DNA from: Thiotrichales bacterium
GTDB taxonomy: Bacteria; Pseudomonadota; Gammaproteobacteria; Francisellales; CACEW01
Direction of reading: 5' to 3'
Assembly: GCA_947476405.1 (NCBI GenBank)
Contig: CANJQG010000006.1
Location: 5,522 to 69,521 of the forward strand
DNA: 64,000 nt
A program made the translations under genes and the position numbers. Shown in pieces: positions 46,937 to 56,401 of the stretch. The notes beneath the pieces were generated by a model, which saw only the letters and a program-made list of their open reading frames with translations, searched no databases and was not told the origin of the DNA. Positions within the stretch are counted from its first letter, which is position 1. Each line of letters starts with the position of its first letter.

Positions 46937-48475
46937 TTGACCTATCAAGTCCTTGCGCGAAAATGGCGCCCCCAGTCTTTTAACGAACTCGTTGGCCAGG
47001 AGCAAGTCCTCTCGGCATTAATGCATAGCCTGGATCAAGGGCACCTCCATCATGCTTATTTATTTACAGGCACCCGCGGCGTCGGAAAAACAACTGTCGC
47101 GCGCATTACAGCCAAATGCTTCAATTGTGAAAAAGGGATTTCAGCAAGCCCTTGCGGCGAATGCCCAACCTGCATTGAAATCCGAGAAGGCCGCTTTATC
47201 GACCTCATTGAAATTGATGCGGCATCCCGAACCAAGGTCGAAGATACACGTGAAATTTTAGATAATATTCAATATGCCCCCAGCAAAGGCCGCTTTAAAG
47301 TCTATCTCATTGATGAAGTACACATGCTCTCAACACATAGCTTTAATGCGCTTTTAAAGACATTAGAAGAACCCCCTGATCATGTCAAGTTTCTATTGGC
47401 AACCACAGATCCACATAAATTACCGGTCACGGTTTTGTCTCGCTGCCTGCAATTCCATTTAAAGCACATTCCCAATCATCTGATTAAGGCACGCCTAGAA
47501 TTTATTCTGAATGCAGAGAATGTTCAATTTGAACCTGAAGCCCTCGATTTAATTGCCAAGGCTGCAGAAGGCAGTTTGCGTGACGCCTTGAGCTTACTGG
47601 ATCAAGCAATCAATCAAGGCGAAGGCCGCGTTATTACAGCCAAAACCGCAGAAATGCTTGGCATGACCGAAACCCACCTACTCTACGAACTGGCTGAAAC
47701 AATCGCCCAACACAATACCCAACGCTTTTTCGAATTAATCAAAAAAACAGAAGAAACTCCAATTGATTACGGCATTTTACTCAGTCTTTTTGCAGAGCTT
47801 TTTTATGAAATCAGCCTCGCCCAACAATGGCCGCAATATCAAAGCCTTGACTGGCAGACTGATCGCATTCAAGCCCTCGCAAGCCTAATCTCCCCGACAC
47901 TGTGCCAATTGTTTTACCAGATGGCCCTTCAGGGCAAGAAAGATCTGCCTTTTGCACCGCAACCCAAAATTGGCTTTAATATGACAGTCTTGCGTATGCT
48001 GGCTTTTCAGCCCTTGAATCTGGAACAACCCATCAGCCCAAGCTCCACTCAAACACCGAGTGTAAAAAAAAAAATAGCGCCACAAACGACAGCCATTAGC
48101 GAAGATAACTGGAAAGATATTGTCAATGGACTCCCACTCGTCGGTGTATCCAAACAATTTGCTCTGAACATGAGCTTTGACAAACAAGAAGGCCAGACTC
48201 TTTTTTTAAATTTAAGTCATGAACACCAAAGTTTACTCAATCCTAAACTGGTTGAGCGACTGCAAACTGCTTTTTCTGAGCACTACCAATCGCCTTTTTT
48301 GTTACAAATCTCTATCATGCACACCCCCTTGAATACACCTGCAGTGCAACAACAGAAAGAGATACTCGACACCCAAACACAATTACAAGAAAAACTAGAT
48401 CAAGACCCCCATTTGAGCTTCATAAAAAATAATTTTAATGGTATAATAAACTCAGTCAAATCAATCAAAACCTAA
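46937..48475 (+). CDS. dnaX: DNA polymerase III subunits tau/gamma
   Basis: 512 aa with a TTG start. YLFTGTRGVGKTT, zinc module CEKGISASPCGECPTC, DEVHML, SRC. A11 run at 48064-48074 (see findings). Confidence 0.95.
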   Translation: MTYQVLARKWRPQSFNELVGQEQVLSALMHSLDQGHLHHAYLFTGTRGVGKTTVARITAKCFNCEKGISASPCGECPTCIEIREGRFIDLIEIDAASRTKVEDTREILDNIQYAPSKGRFKVYLIDEVHMLSTHSFNALLKTLEEPPDHVKFLLATTDPHKLPVTVLSRCLQFHLKHIPNHLIKARLEFILNAENVQFEPEALDLIAKAAEGSLRDALSLLDQAINQGEGRVITAKTAEMLGMTETHLLYELAETIAQHNTQRFFELIKKTEETPIDYGILLSLFAELFYEISLAQQWPQYQSLDWQTDRIQALASLISPTLCQLFYQMALQGKKDLPFAPQPKIGFNMTVLRMLAFQPLNLEQPISPSSTQTPSVKKKIAPQTTAISEDNWKDIVNGLPLVGVSKQFALNMSFDKQEGQTLFLNLSHEHQSLLNPKLVERLQTAFSEHYQSPFLLQISIMHTPLNTPAVQQQKEILDTQTQLQEKLDQDPHLSFIKNNFNGIINSVKSIKT

Positions 48476-48485
48476 AGGAGAAAAA

Positions 48486-48830
48486 ATGAACGGCGCAAAC
48501 ATGGACATGAATCAAATCATGGAACAAGCAAAAAAAATGCAAGAAAAAATGCAGGAAATCCAAGAAGCACTAACCAATACGAAAGTAGTCGGTGAATCAG
48601 GAAATGGTTTAGTCCGCATTATTATGAATGGTCGCCATGAAGCAATGAAAGTCTTTTTAGACTCCAGCCTTATCGCAACCAATACCGCAGAACATAAGCA
48701 ATATGTGGAAGATCTGATTGCTGCAGCCATTAATAGCTGTGCTGATCAAGTTGAAAAAGCGTCACAACAACAATTGCAAGGCTTGGCTCAATCCTTAAAC
48801 CTACCCAGCCCAGACGATTTGCCTAATTAA
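48486..48830 (+). CDS. ybaB: Nucleoid-associated protein YbaB/EbfC
   Basis: 114 aa. MEQAKKMQEKMQEIQE..VVGESGNGLVRIIMNG matches YbaB. Confidence 0.9.
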   Translation: MNGANMDMNQIMEQAKKMQEKMQEIQEALTNTKVVGESGNGLVRIIMNGRHEAMKVFLDSSLIATNTAEHKQYVEDLIAAAINSCADQVEKASQQQLQGLAQSLNLPSPDDLPN

Positions 48831-50188
48831 TCCTTTGCCAAACGTCTAAAAAAAACCACCCCGACCAGGGGAAACAGCGCCACCACCATAAAGGTATAGC
48901 GAAAGCTCGGTGGCGAATAGGTTTCCAGGATATTACTGGAATGTAAAAAACACTCCAAAACCAATGCGGCCAGCGCAATGCTAAAGCCAGAGGCAACCTG
49001 CTGCAGACTACTCATAAAACTACTGCCCGCACTTTGCAAACGGGGTGCAATATTGATATATCCAAAACTATTCATTCCCGTAAATTGAATGGAAGAAATC
49101 ACCCCATTCAGGAACAACAGAATAATCATCAATACAACGGGAGGATGCCCACTCAAAAGCGACAAGGAAAAAGTCACCGCAGCCAATAAGATCGAATTAT
49201 AAATCAATAAATTTCGATACCCCACTGATTTTAAAAGACGTCTCACAAAAAACTTGGTCAATAGCATTCCGAATGCACCCCAGGCAGTCATTAAACCTGC
49301 TTGCATCGCCGTATAATGAAAGCCGACCTGCAACAATAAAGGCACTAAAAAAGGAGAAGCACTGATCGTCAAGCGCGTAAAAATACTACCCAACACCACC
49401 AAACGAAAGGCAAGCCGATCAAAAAGCTGAATCGAAATCAGGGGCGCATGTTTCTGTTTTGCATAAAACCAATATCCCCACAAACCCACAAAACCACAGC
49501 AGAGACAAAAAATCACCACAGCTTTACTGACAATGGGATCAATCAAGGTATCCAAGCCCAATAAAAGCAAGGCTAAACTTCCCGCCAGGATGATAAACCC
49601 CAACCAATCAAAAGAATGTAATTCAGGATCTTTTACATTTTCAACATAGCGCAACACAAAATAAAATCCAATCAACCCAATCGGAATATTAACAAAAAAA
49701 ATCGCACGCCAACTGAGGTAGGTCGTCAAAGCCCCGCCAATTAAAGGTCCTAAACTAGGCCCGAGAAGTCCGAAGGTAGCGGTTGTCGCCATGGCAGACA
49801 CAAATTCCTCTTTATTAAAATGACGCATAAACAACAAGCGTCCAACGGGCAAGGATAACGCACCTCCCGCGCCCTGAATCACCCGCGCGATAACCAGCTC
49901 CGGCACTGAATGACTCACACCACACAAAATTGACCCCAATAAAAATAAAAGCAAGGCACTCGAAAAAATAGTTCGACATCCAAAACGATCCGCCATCCAA
50001 CCTGAAATAGGAATCACGATCCCCGCCGTCAGCAAATAAGCCGTTAATGCCAGCTTCAAATGCAAAGGATCTGTCAATAAACTCAAAGAAATTTGAGGCA
50101 AAGCGGTATTAATAATGGACGCATCTAAGCCTTCCATAAAGAAAGCACAGGCGACAATCGTAATAATAATTTTTTGCAAGGAAGTCAT
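48827..50188 (-). CDS. MFS transporter (drug:H+ antiporter-like)
   Basis: 453 aa, about 12-14 TM helices. GWMADRFGCR-type loop 2-3 motif. Confidence 0.75.
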   Translation of the reverse strand: MTSLQKIIITIVACAFFMEGLDASIINTALPQISLSLLTDPLHLKLALTAYLLTAGIVIPISGWMADRFGCRTIFSSALLLFLLGSILCGVSHSVPELVIARVIQGAGGALSLPVGRLLFMRHFNKEEFVSAMATTATFGLLGPSLGPLIGGALTTYLSWRAIFFVNIPIGLIGFYFVLRYVENVKDPELHSFDWLGFIILAGSLALLLLGLDTLIDPIVSKAVVIFCLCCGFVGLWGYWFYAKQKHAPLISIQLFDRLAFRLVVLGSIFTRLTISASPFLVPLLLQVGFHYTAMQAGLMTAWGAFGMLLTKFFVRRLLKSVGYRNLLIYNSILLAAVTFSLSLLSGHPPVVLMIILLFLNGVISSIQFTGMNSFGYINIAPRLQSAGSSFMSSLQQVASGFSIALAALVLECFLHSSNILETYSPPSFRYTFMVVALFPLVGVVFFRRLAKD

Positions 50189-50276
50189 GCCGCTATTATT
50201 ACATTGAACTGTACAGCTTGCAATCTTTTTAGACTATCGCTATATTAAGCGATCTGGATTTAAGCAAGGAAAAGTC

Positions 50277-50894
50277 ATGTTTACAGGGATTGTTGAAGAG
50301 ATAGGCATCATCAAAATGATTGTTGCCGTCTTACTCGGAAAACGCTTTTTTATTGAAGCCAAAACCGTATTGATAGACCTTCAAGTGGGTGATAGCATTG
50401 CTGTAAATGGTGTCTGCCTGACTGCCACTGAATTTACAAGCCAAGGTTTCTGGGTTGAAGCCGTCGCAGAAACTTTACGCCTGACTAATCTCGGGACACT
50501 CGAAGCAGGATCCACCGTCAATCTAGAGCGCGCAATGACCCTGCAGAAACGCCTCGGCGGCCACTTACTTCAAGGGCATATTGATGCCACGGGAACCATC
50601 CTAAAAATTGAACCAGAAGGCCAGGCGCTGCTGATCACCCTTTCTTTCCCCGCGGCACTCCGCAAATATATGATAAAAAAAGGGTATATTGGTTTTGACG
50701 GCATGAGCCTCACCTTAATAGAAGTCTACCCTACCGAATTCACCCTGACGCTAATTCCACACACTCAAGAAGTCACAATCGCTCAAAATTATCAAATCGG
50801 TCAACACATTAATTTAGAAGTGGATATGTTAGCAAAATATATTGAAAATTTTGTTCAAACTACACACTCTGTCCTGCCGCTGCCCACGCATTAA
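50277..50894 (+). CDS. ribE: Riboflavin synthase (alpha chain)
   Basis: 205 aa. MFTGIVEEIG.., GDSIAVNGVCLT and the second repeat GYIGFDGMSLT. Confidence 0.9.
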   Translation: MFTGIVEEIGIIKMIVAVLLGKRFFIEAKTVLIDLQVGDSIAVNGVCLTATEFTSQGFWVEAVAETLRLTNLGTLEAGSTVNLERAMTLQKRLGGHLLQGHIDATGTILKIEPEGQALLITLSFPAALRKYMIKKGYIGFDGMSLTLIEVYPTEFTLTLIPHTQEVTIAQNYQIGQHINLEVDMLAKYIENFVQTTHSVLPLPTH

Positions 50895-51186
50895 TCCCGC
50901 CTTCTAAATTATAAACCTCTAAAGAAGGATCCTCTAAGCATAAACGCTGGCATGCATTGTGACTGCGCATCCCTGAACGGCAATATATCACCAATTTTTT
51001 ACCCGCGTGTTGAGGCAACGCTTGCGCACAGACCTGAGCAAGCGGCAATAAGAGCGCCCCCTCAATTTTTTCAGAAGCATGCTCGGCAGGCTCACGCACA
51101 TCCACAAGAACCGCTTCATTCTGCTCCAACCACCCTTTTAACATTTGGGCATCGACCGTTTTAATTGACATTATTGTTCTCCTCAA
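50860..51186 (-). CDS. Single-domain rhodanese (sulfurtransferase)
   Basis: 108 aa. VLVDVREPAE.. and active-site loop YCRSGMRS. Confidence 0.8.
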   Translation of the reverse strand: MRRTIMSIKTVDAQMLKGWLEQNEAVLVDVREPAEHASEKIEGALLLPLAQVCAQALPQHAGKKLVIYCRSGMRSHNACQRLCLEDPSLEVYNLEGGINAWAAAGQSV

Positions 51187-51410
51187 ATACGCTTAAAATG
51201 ACTTTAGTCGCCGAAGTATATCGCTCATCCATAGCAGGCGCAAGCCGAAAGAAGTGTGCTCTATTTCAATTAAATCAGACTTTTAGCAAGTGGCAATATA
51301 TCTATTTTAGTGGGCTCCACTTTGATATGAATCCAAAATAACAAACCCTCTTGATTAAGATATTGAAAAAAGATATGAATTTTTTACTGAGGAACGCTAA
51401 AGATAAAAAA

Positions 51411-51487
51411 TGGGGTGAATGATGGGGCTCGAACCCACGACAACTGGAATCACAATCCAGGACTCTACCAACTGAGCTACATTCACC
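51411..51487 (-). tRNA. tRNA-His (anticodon GUG)
   Basis: The reverse complement is G(-1)GTGAATGTAGCTCAGTTGGTAGAG..loop TTGTGAT..GGGTTCGAGCCCCATCATTCACCCCA. The extra 5' G pairs with C73, as expected for tRNA-His. Confidence 0.92.
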
Positions 51488-51500
51488 ATAAAAAAAGCAC

Positions 51501-51577
51501 TGGCGCGCCCGGCAGGATTCGAACCTGCTACCCTCGGCTTAGAAGGCCGATGCTCTATCCAAATGAGCTACGAGCGC
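51501..51577 (-). tRNA. tRNA-Arg (anticodon UCU)
   Basis: The reverse complement is GCGCTCGTAGCTCATTTGGATAGAGC..stem TCGGC/GCCGA, loop CTTCTAA..GGTTCGAATCCTGCCGGGCGCGCCA. Confidence 0.92.
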
Positions 51578-51590
51578 AGCGTCGAACTCA

Positions 51591-51667
51591 TGGTCGGGGT
51601 AGAGGGATTCGAACTCTCGACATCCTGCTCCCAAAGCAGGCGCGCTACCAGGCTGCGCTATACCCCG
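51591..51667 (-). tRNA. tRNA-Pro (anticodon UGG)
   Basis: The reverse complement is CGGGGTATAGCGCAGCCTGGTAGCGCG, stem CCTGC/GCAGG, loop TTTGGGA, TTCGAAT T-loop, acceptor CGGGGTA/TACCCCG, CCA. One A-C mismatch in the T-stem. Confidence 0.88.
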
Positions 51668-51694
51668 AATAAGTCGCCTATGATATAGGGTTTT

Positions 51695-52987
51695 TTACTT
51701 CGCGTCAAGCAGTTTTTCAACAAATTCTGCACGATCATTTGTTGACATCAAATACAGCTTTTCCCACCACTGACAAAGGGTGGATTTTACCTGTCCGACT
51801 TCACTCCGTAAGAGCAAGAAATCATAGGCTGCACGATAACGCGGATGATTCACGATACCCAGGATATTTTTTTCGCGACGTAATTCTAATTGACGCTGCA
51901 AAGCCCAGACTTCCTCTATCATTTCCGTCATAAATCGCGGCATACTCGTAATTTTATTTTGGGCGCCCAAGGTTATTTTCACGGCATCCTGATAGGCTTT
52001 TTTATAACTCATCGTCTCGGCCAGCTTCTTTTTACAGGCTTGCAATTCTTGCCACAAAAACACGCCAATCAGAAATGCAGGATTGATGGTTTTTTTGGCA
52101 TAATAGCGCTCATCTGTATTACGCAAAGCGCGCCGCACCATCTCTGAAAACCAGGAAACCTTTAACGATATCACCAAAGTCGGAAATAAAATCGGAAGGA
52201 TATTCATGGTTTGCAAGCTGTCAAAATTCTTTTCAGCCTGACCATAGAGCAATATTTTTTGATATTCATCAAATAAACGCCCGCCTGCAATACTAGAAAG
52301 CAGGTCAATATGCTGCGGAATCGCCTTAAACGTCGCCTCATCAATCGTAAAATCTAATTTATTGCTGATCCTTAAGGCCCTCAAAATTCGCACAGGGTCC
52401 TCTTTTAAACGGGCATCGGGTTCGCCAATCAGCCGCAAGATACGCGCTTGAAAATCTTTAATTCCATTACTAAAATCCATCAACTCATGCGTACCCGGAT
52501 TATAATAAAAGGCATTCACTGTAAAATCGCGACGCAAGGCATCATCTTCAATGGTTCCATATACATTATCGCGCGATACAATGCCGCCCTGACGCAAAGC
52601 CCCTTCTGACTTATGTTTCGCAAGACTATGATCCTGACGAAACGTCGCTACTTCAATATAATCACGTCGATCAAAATACACATGCACCAGCTTAAAACGC
52701 TTACCAATAATGATCGCTCGATCAAAACATTTCTTGATCTGCTCCGGCAAAGCATCCGTCACCAGATCAAAATCTTTGGGATGCAGACTCATCAATTGAT
52801 CTCGAATTCCGCCGCCCACAATATAAGCCTGATAACCACGACGCTGCAAAGCCTCAATCATTTTGAGCACATGCGAAGGAAAATTAGTCGGCCACAACTC
52901 GGAAGCCCGGGCATCGTAAATGACCGGCTCCAATTTGGGTTTCTTTTTAAATAGCTTAGCTATAAAGTTGTTTTTCTTTAAGTTCAT
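51695..52987 (-). CDS. pcnB: Poly(A) polymerase I
   Basis: 430 aa. GYQAYIVGGGIRD, DFDLVT, RDFTVNAFYY. The start is uncertain; the ORF overlaps the dksA 3' end by 32 nt. Confidence 0.9.
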   Translation of the reverse strand: MNLKKNNFIAKLFKKKPKLEPVIYDARASELWPTNFPSHVLKMIEALQRRGYQAYIVGGGIRDQLMSLHPKDFDLVTDALPEQIKKCFDRAIIIGKRFKLVHVYFDRRDYIEVATFRQDHSLAKHKSEGALRQGGIVSRDNVYGTIEDDALRRDFTVNAFYYNPGTHELMDFSNGIKDFQARILRLIGEPDARLKEDPVRILRALRISNKLDFTIDEATFKAIPQHIDLLSSIAGGRLFDEYQKILLYGQAEKNFDSLQTMNILPILFPTLVISLKVSWFSEMVRRALRNTDERYYAKKTINPAFLIGVFLWQELQACKKKLAETMSYKKAYQDAVKITLGAQNKITSMPRFMTEMIEEVWALQRQLELRREKNILGIVNHPRYRAAYDFLLLRSEVGQVKSTLCQWWEKLYLMSTNDRAEFVEKLLDAK

Positions 52988-53390
52988 CTAGGGTTTTACA
53001 GTCAATACATTGGGTTGCGGTAGGACGGGCTTCTAAACGACGTAAACCAATCTCTGCACCACAGGATTGACAAAAACCATAGTCACCTTCTTTTAACATT
53101 TCAATGGCTTCTTGAATCTTACGAATCAATTTGCGCTCACGATCTTGCGCGCGCAACTCTAAGCTTAGCTCTTCTTCTTGAGAAGCGCGGTCGACAGGGT
53201 CTGAAAAATTTTCAGGCTCTTCTTTCATGTGATTCTTTCCCTCAATCATTTTATGATTCACTGATTCATAAAGATGAGTCAGGATCGTACGAAAATGTTC
53301 GATCTGCTCAGGAGACATATACTCTTCGCCCTTTTTTGGCTCATAAGGTACGAAACTTAAGGGGTTATCAATCTGATCCATTTTCCACAT
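52956..53390 (-). CDS. dksA: RNA polymerase-binding regulator DksA
   Basis: 144 aa. Coiled-coil tip DPVDRASQEEE and zinc finger CQSCGAEI-x-CIDC. Confidence 0.92.
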   Translation of the reverse strand: MWKMDQIDNPLSFVPYEPKKGEEYMSPEQIEHFRTILTHLYESVNHKMIEGKNHMKEEPENFSDPVDRASQEEELSLELRAQDRERKLIRKIQEAIEMLKEGDYGFCQSCGAEIGLRRLEARPTATQCIDCKTLDELKEKQLYS

Positions 53391-53455
53391 CCTTTAACCA
53401 TTAAAATGCAAGCGACTATTTTTAACAGAAAAACGCCCAAGTTGCAATAAAAACT

Positions 53456-54241
53456 TTACTCATCGCCCAAAGGAGGCACTGCAACCTGACTAAATCCACA
53501 ATCTACATGAATAATCTCTGCCGTAATCGCGGAGGCTAAATCCGAACACAAAAACGCCGCGACATTCCCCACTTCTTCGGTGGTCACATTTCGTTTCAAA
53601 GGGCTCACTTTCGCATTATAATCCAGCATTTTACGAAAACCTTTAATTCCCGAAGCCGCCAAAGTACGAATCGGCCCTGCTGAAATCGCATTCACACGAA
53701 TCCCTTCTGCACCCAAGGCCACCGCGCTATAACGCACAGCTGCATCCAAACTGGCTTTGGCCAAACCCATGGTATTATAATTAACCACTGCTTTCTCGCC
53801 GCCCAAATATGTTAGGGTCAAAATGGCAGCATTACGGTTCTTCATCAGGGGCCGCGCTGCTTTGGCCATGGCACACAAACTATAACTGCTAATATCATGC
53901 GCAATCCGAAACCCCTCACGACTAATATGATCCACAAAATCACCATCCAATTGATCCGCCGGCGCAAAAGCAATGGAATGAACCAACACATCTAAGCCTT
54001 GCCATTTTTTGCTTAATTCCTCAAAACATTTTTCGATATCTGCATCCGTACTGACGTCACAAGGAATCAGCGCAATGGGATTAAAAGGCGCAGCCAATTT
54101 GGCAACCCGGTCCTTCATTTGTTCATTCACATACGTAAAGGCCAACTCTGCGCCTTCACGATGCATGGCCTCTGCAATCCCATAGGCAATCGAACGGTCA
54201 CTCATCACACCGGTGAGCAGGGCTTTTTTTCCTTTTAACAT
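53456..54241 (-). CDS. fabI: Enoyl-ACP reductase (NADH), FabI
   Basis: 261 aa. [22 protein letters not shown].., SYS..AKA (Tyr/Lys), [12 protein letters not shown]. Confidence 0.92.
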   Translation of the reverse strand: MLKGKKALLTGVMSDRSIAYGIAEAMHREGAELAFTYVNEQMKDRVAKLAAPFNPIALIPCDVSTDADIEKCFEELSKKWQGLDVLVHSIAFAPADQLDGDFVDHISREGFRIAHDISSYSLCAMAKAARPLMKNRNAAILTLTYLGGEKAVVNYNTMGLAKASLDAAVRYSAVALGAEGIRVNAISAGPIRTLAASGIKGFRKMLDYNAKVSPLKRNVTTEEVGNVAAFLCSDLASAITAEIIHVDCGFSQVAVPPLGDE

Positions 54242-54355
54242 AATTTCTATCCTTTTTTAACGAAGTTCTCAGTAATGTAATTCCTTTCCCCCTACTTGTC
54301 AAAAGAGAGCAGTCGCTTTAAGATGGGCAGGCATTTTACTAAATAAGGAAACACG

Positions 54356-55408
54356 ATGTCCTCACTTATCTCTCTGCGCCAGCTTTTGGATCATGCCGCA
54401 GATCATACTTATGGCATTCCGGCTTTTAATGTGAATAATCTGGAACAGGTTCGTGCGGTGATGGAAGCCGCTTTTGAAGTCGACAGCCCTGTCATCCTGC
54501 AAGCCTCAGCAGGCGCGCGCAAATATGCAGGCTCCACCTTTATTCGCCATTTAATTTTAGCTGCGGCAGAAGAATTTCCTGGGTTACCGATTGTGATGCA
54601 TCAAGATCATGGCGCTTCACCGGATGTCTGCTTCCGCTCCATTCAAAACAATTTCTCTTCCGTGATGATGGATGGCTCGCTGATGGCCGATGCCAAAACC
54701 CCTTCAACCTACGAATACAATGTCAATGTCACGCGTGAAGTTGCGAAACTCGCCCATGCTTGCGGCGTTTCAGTTGAAGGTGAATTAGGCTGCTTAGGCT
54801 CCCTTGAAACAGGCAAAGCAGGTGAAGAAGATGGCTCAGGCGCAGATTGTGTTTTGGATCATAGCCAAATGTTGACAGATCCTGAAGAAGCCGCTGACTT
54901 TGTCAAGCAAACCAAAGTGGATGCTTTGGCGATTGCAGTGGGCACCAGTCACGGTGCATATAAATTTTCCCGCCCTCCGACAGGCGATATCCTAGCAATC
55001 AATCAAGTCAAAGCCATTCATGCCCGCATTCCCAGCACGCATTTGGTGATGCATGGCTCCTCCTCTGTACCTCAAGACTGGCTCAAGATCATTAATGAAT
55101 TCGGCGGCAAGATTAGCGAGACTTATGGCGTACCGGTGTCAGAAATTCAAGAGGCGATCAAACACGGCGTGCGCAAAATCAACATTGATACTGACTTGCG
55201 CCTTGCTGCAACAGGTGCAATTCGCCGATTTTTCGGTGAAAATCCAGCTGAATTTGATCCTCGCTCCTATAACAAAGTCGCAAAAGAAGCCATGAAATCT
55301 ATTTGCAAAGCGCGTTTTGAACAATTTGGTTCAGCAGGTCATGCCAGCAAAATCAAATCGATCAGCTTAGAAGCGATGGCAGAACGGTATCAAAACGGAA
55401 CTTTATAA
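54356..55408 (+). CDS. fba: Fructose-bisphosphate aldolase, class II
   Basis: 350 aa. [43 protein letters not shown]. Confidence 0.93.
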   Translation: MSSLISLRQLLDHAADHTYGIPAFNVNNLEQVRAVMEAAFEVDSPVILQASAGARKYAGSTFIRHLILAAAEEFPGLPIVMHQDHGASPDVCFRSIQNNFSSVMMDGSLMADAKTPSTYEYNVNVTREVAKLAHACGVSVEGELGCLGSLETGKAGEEDGSGADCVLDHSQMLTDPEEAADFVKQTKVDALAIAVGTSHGAYKFSRPPTGDILAINQVKAIHARIPSTHLVMHGSSSVPQDWLKIINEFGGKISETYGVPVSEIQEAIKHGVRKINIDTDLRLAATGAIRRFFGENPAEFDPRSYNKVAKEAMKSICKARFEQFGSAGHASKIKSISLEAMAERYQNGTL

Positions 55409-55933
55409 ATGGAGAGCCTTGAGCCGCACATAATTTTGTGCGCTCACGCTTAAAAAAACACGCTCCTCTTCACTGAGTGGGCGTATTTTTTTAACTGGAT
55501 TGCCGAGCCATAAAAAACCGCTTTCCAAAATTTTACCAGGCGGCACCAAACTCCCTGCCCCCAAAAACACGTCATCCTGAATCACAACCCCATCAAGCAC
55601 AATCGAACCCATGCCAATTAAGCAGCGGCTTCCAATCGTGCAGCCGTGCAAAATGACATGGTGGCCGATGGTAACATCCTCGCCTAAATTCAAAGGAAAG
55701 CCTTCTGGTGCATGCGCGCTTTTTTGCGTGGTATGCAAAACTGAACCATCCTGAATATTACTACGCGCACCAATTTTAATCGCCAATAAATCCCCGCGAA
55801 TTGAAACTTGCGGCCAAATGGAAACCTCATCGCCCAAAGTGACCTGACCCGACACAACAGCTGACGCATCCACAAAAACGCCTTTTCCTAAAGCCGGAGT
55901 CCCATTTTTTAAAGAGCGAATCGCTGACATCAC
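55403..55933 (-). CDS. Gamma-carbonic-anhydrase-like hexapeptide-repeat protein (YrdA family)
   Basis: 176 aa. [30 protein letters not shown] and a left-handed beta-helix repeat pattern. Confidence 0.85.
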   Translation of the reverse strand: MMSAIRSLKNGTPALGKGVFVDASAVVSGQVTLGDEVSIWPQVSIRGDLLAIKIGARSNIQDGSVLHTTQKSAHAPEGFPLNLGEDVTIGHHVILHGCTIGSRCLIGMGSIVLDGVVIQDDVFLGAGSLVPPGKILESGFLWLGNPVKKIRPLSEEERVFLSVSAQNYVRLKALHL

Positions 55934-56355
55934 AAAGCATCCAGCACTTCTTGCATCCGCTTTTCAGAAAAAATCCGCCCTAATAATTGCGATTTTTCAA
56001 AAACCATATTGCGCTGAAAAAATTTTTCAATCTCAGGATCTTTCGCGCGCAATTTCTGAGTATAATTAATAAGCTTAATGACTAAATCACTATTCAAAGT
56101 CTGCATTTTATGAATGATATACAGCATGTAGGCCGCGGGCAATTGATTCAGGGTATAAATCATCTCTTTTTCATCGATATTTTTAGCATCAATCGTCGTC
56201 AAGCGATCCAGAAAAGCCTGCACTGATTCAATTTCAGCCTCACCCAAAGGCGGATTCGCTTTTTCCAGTTTTTCCAAATTAATCAAAATATCATTGATTA
56301 AAGGATTTTTAAAAGACTGCCAATGCTTAATAATATCGTCAATTAAAGCCATCAC
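55930..56355 (-). CDS. Hypothetical small helical protein (141 aa)
   Basis: Its stop overlaps the start of the YrdA-like gene (ATGA). Mildly acidic by residue count (about 21 D/E, 18 K/R). No family recognised. Confidence 0.5.
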   Translation of the reverse strand: MMALIDDIIKHWQSFKNPLINDILINLEKLEKANPPLGEAEIESVQAFLDRLTTIDAKNIDEKEMIYTLNQLPAAYMLYIIHKMQTLNSDLVIKLINYTQKLRAKDPEIEKFFQRNMVFEKSQLLGRIFSEKRMQEVLDAL

Positions 56356-56401
56356 TCACCCTTAGATCAAATTGAATTCCCCCATTAAACCATAAACCAC
56401 A

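Noticed and set aside
50189-50276. Possible FMN riboswitch upstream of ribE
   Set aside because: The spacer is only 88 nt. That is too short for an FMN aptamer plus expression platform, and I see none of its conserved GGAT..CCC-type helices.
51415-51672. 85-aa plus-strand ORF (MNDGARTHDNWNHNPG...)
   Set aside because: It spans exactly the three minus-strand tRNA genes (His, Arg, Pro). It is an artefact of the stop-free GC-rich tRNA sequence.
55930-56355. The idea that the 141-aa helical protein is a Dot/Icm adaptor (IcmS/IcmW-like)
   Set aside because: The size and helical, mildly acidic character fit. However, I cannot reproduce a reliable reference sequence from memory, and no icm/dot gene is adjacent. 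It is kept only as a hypothesis to test by profile search.
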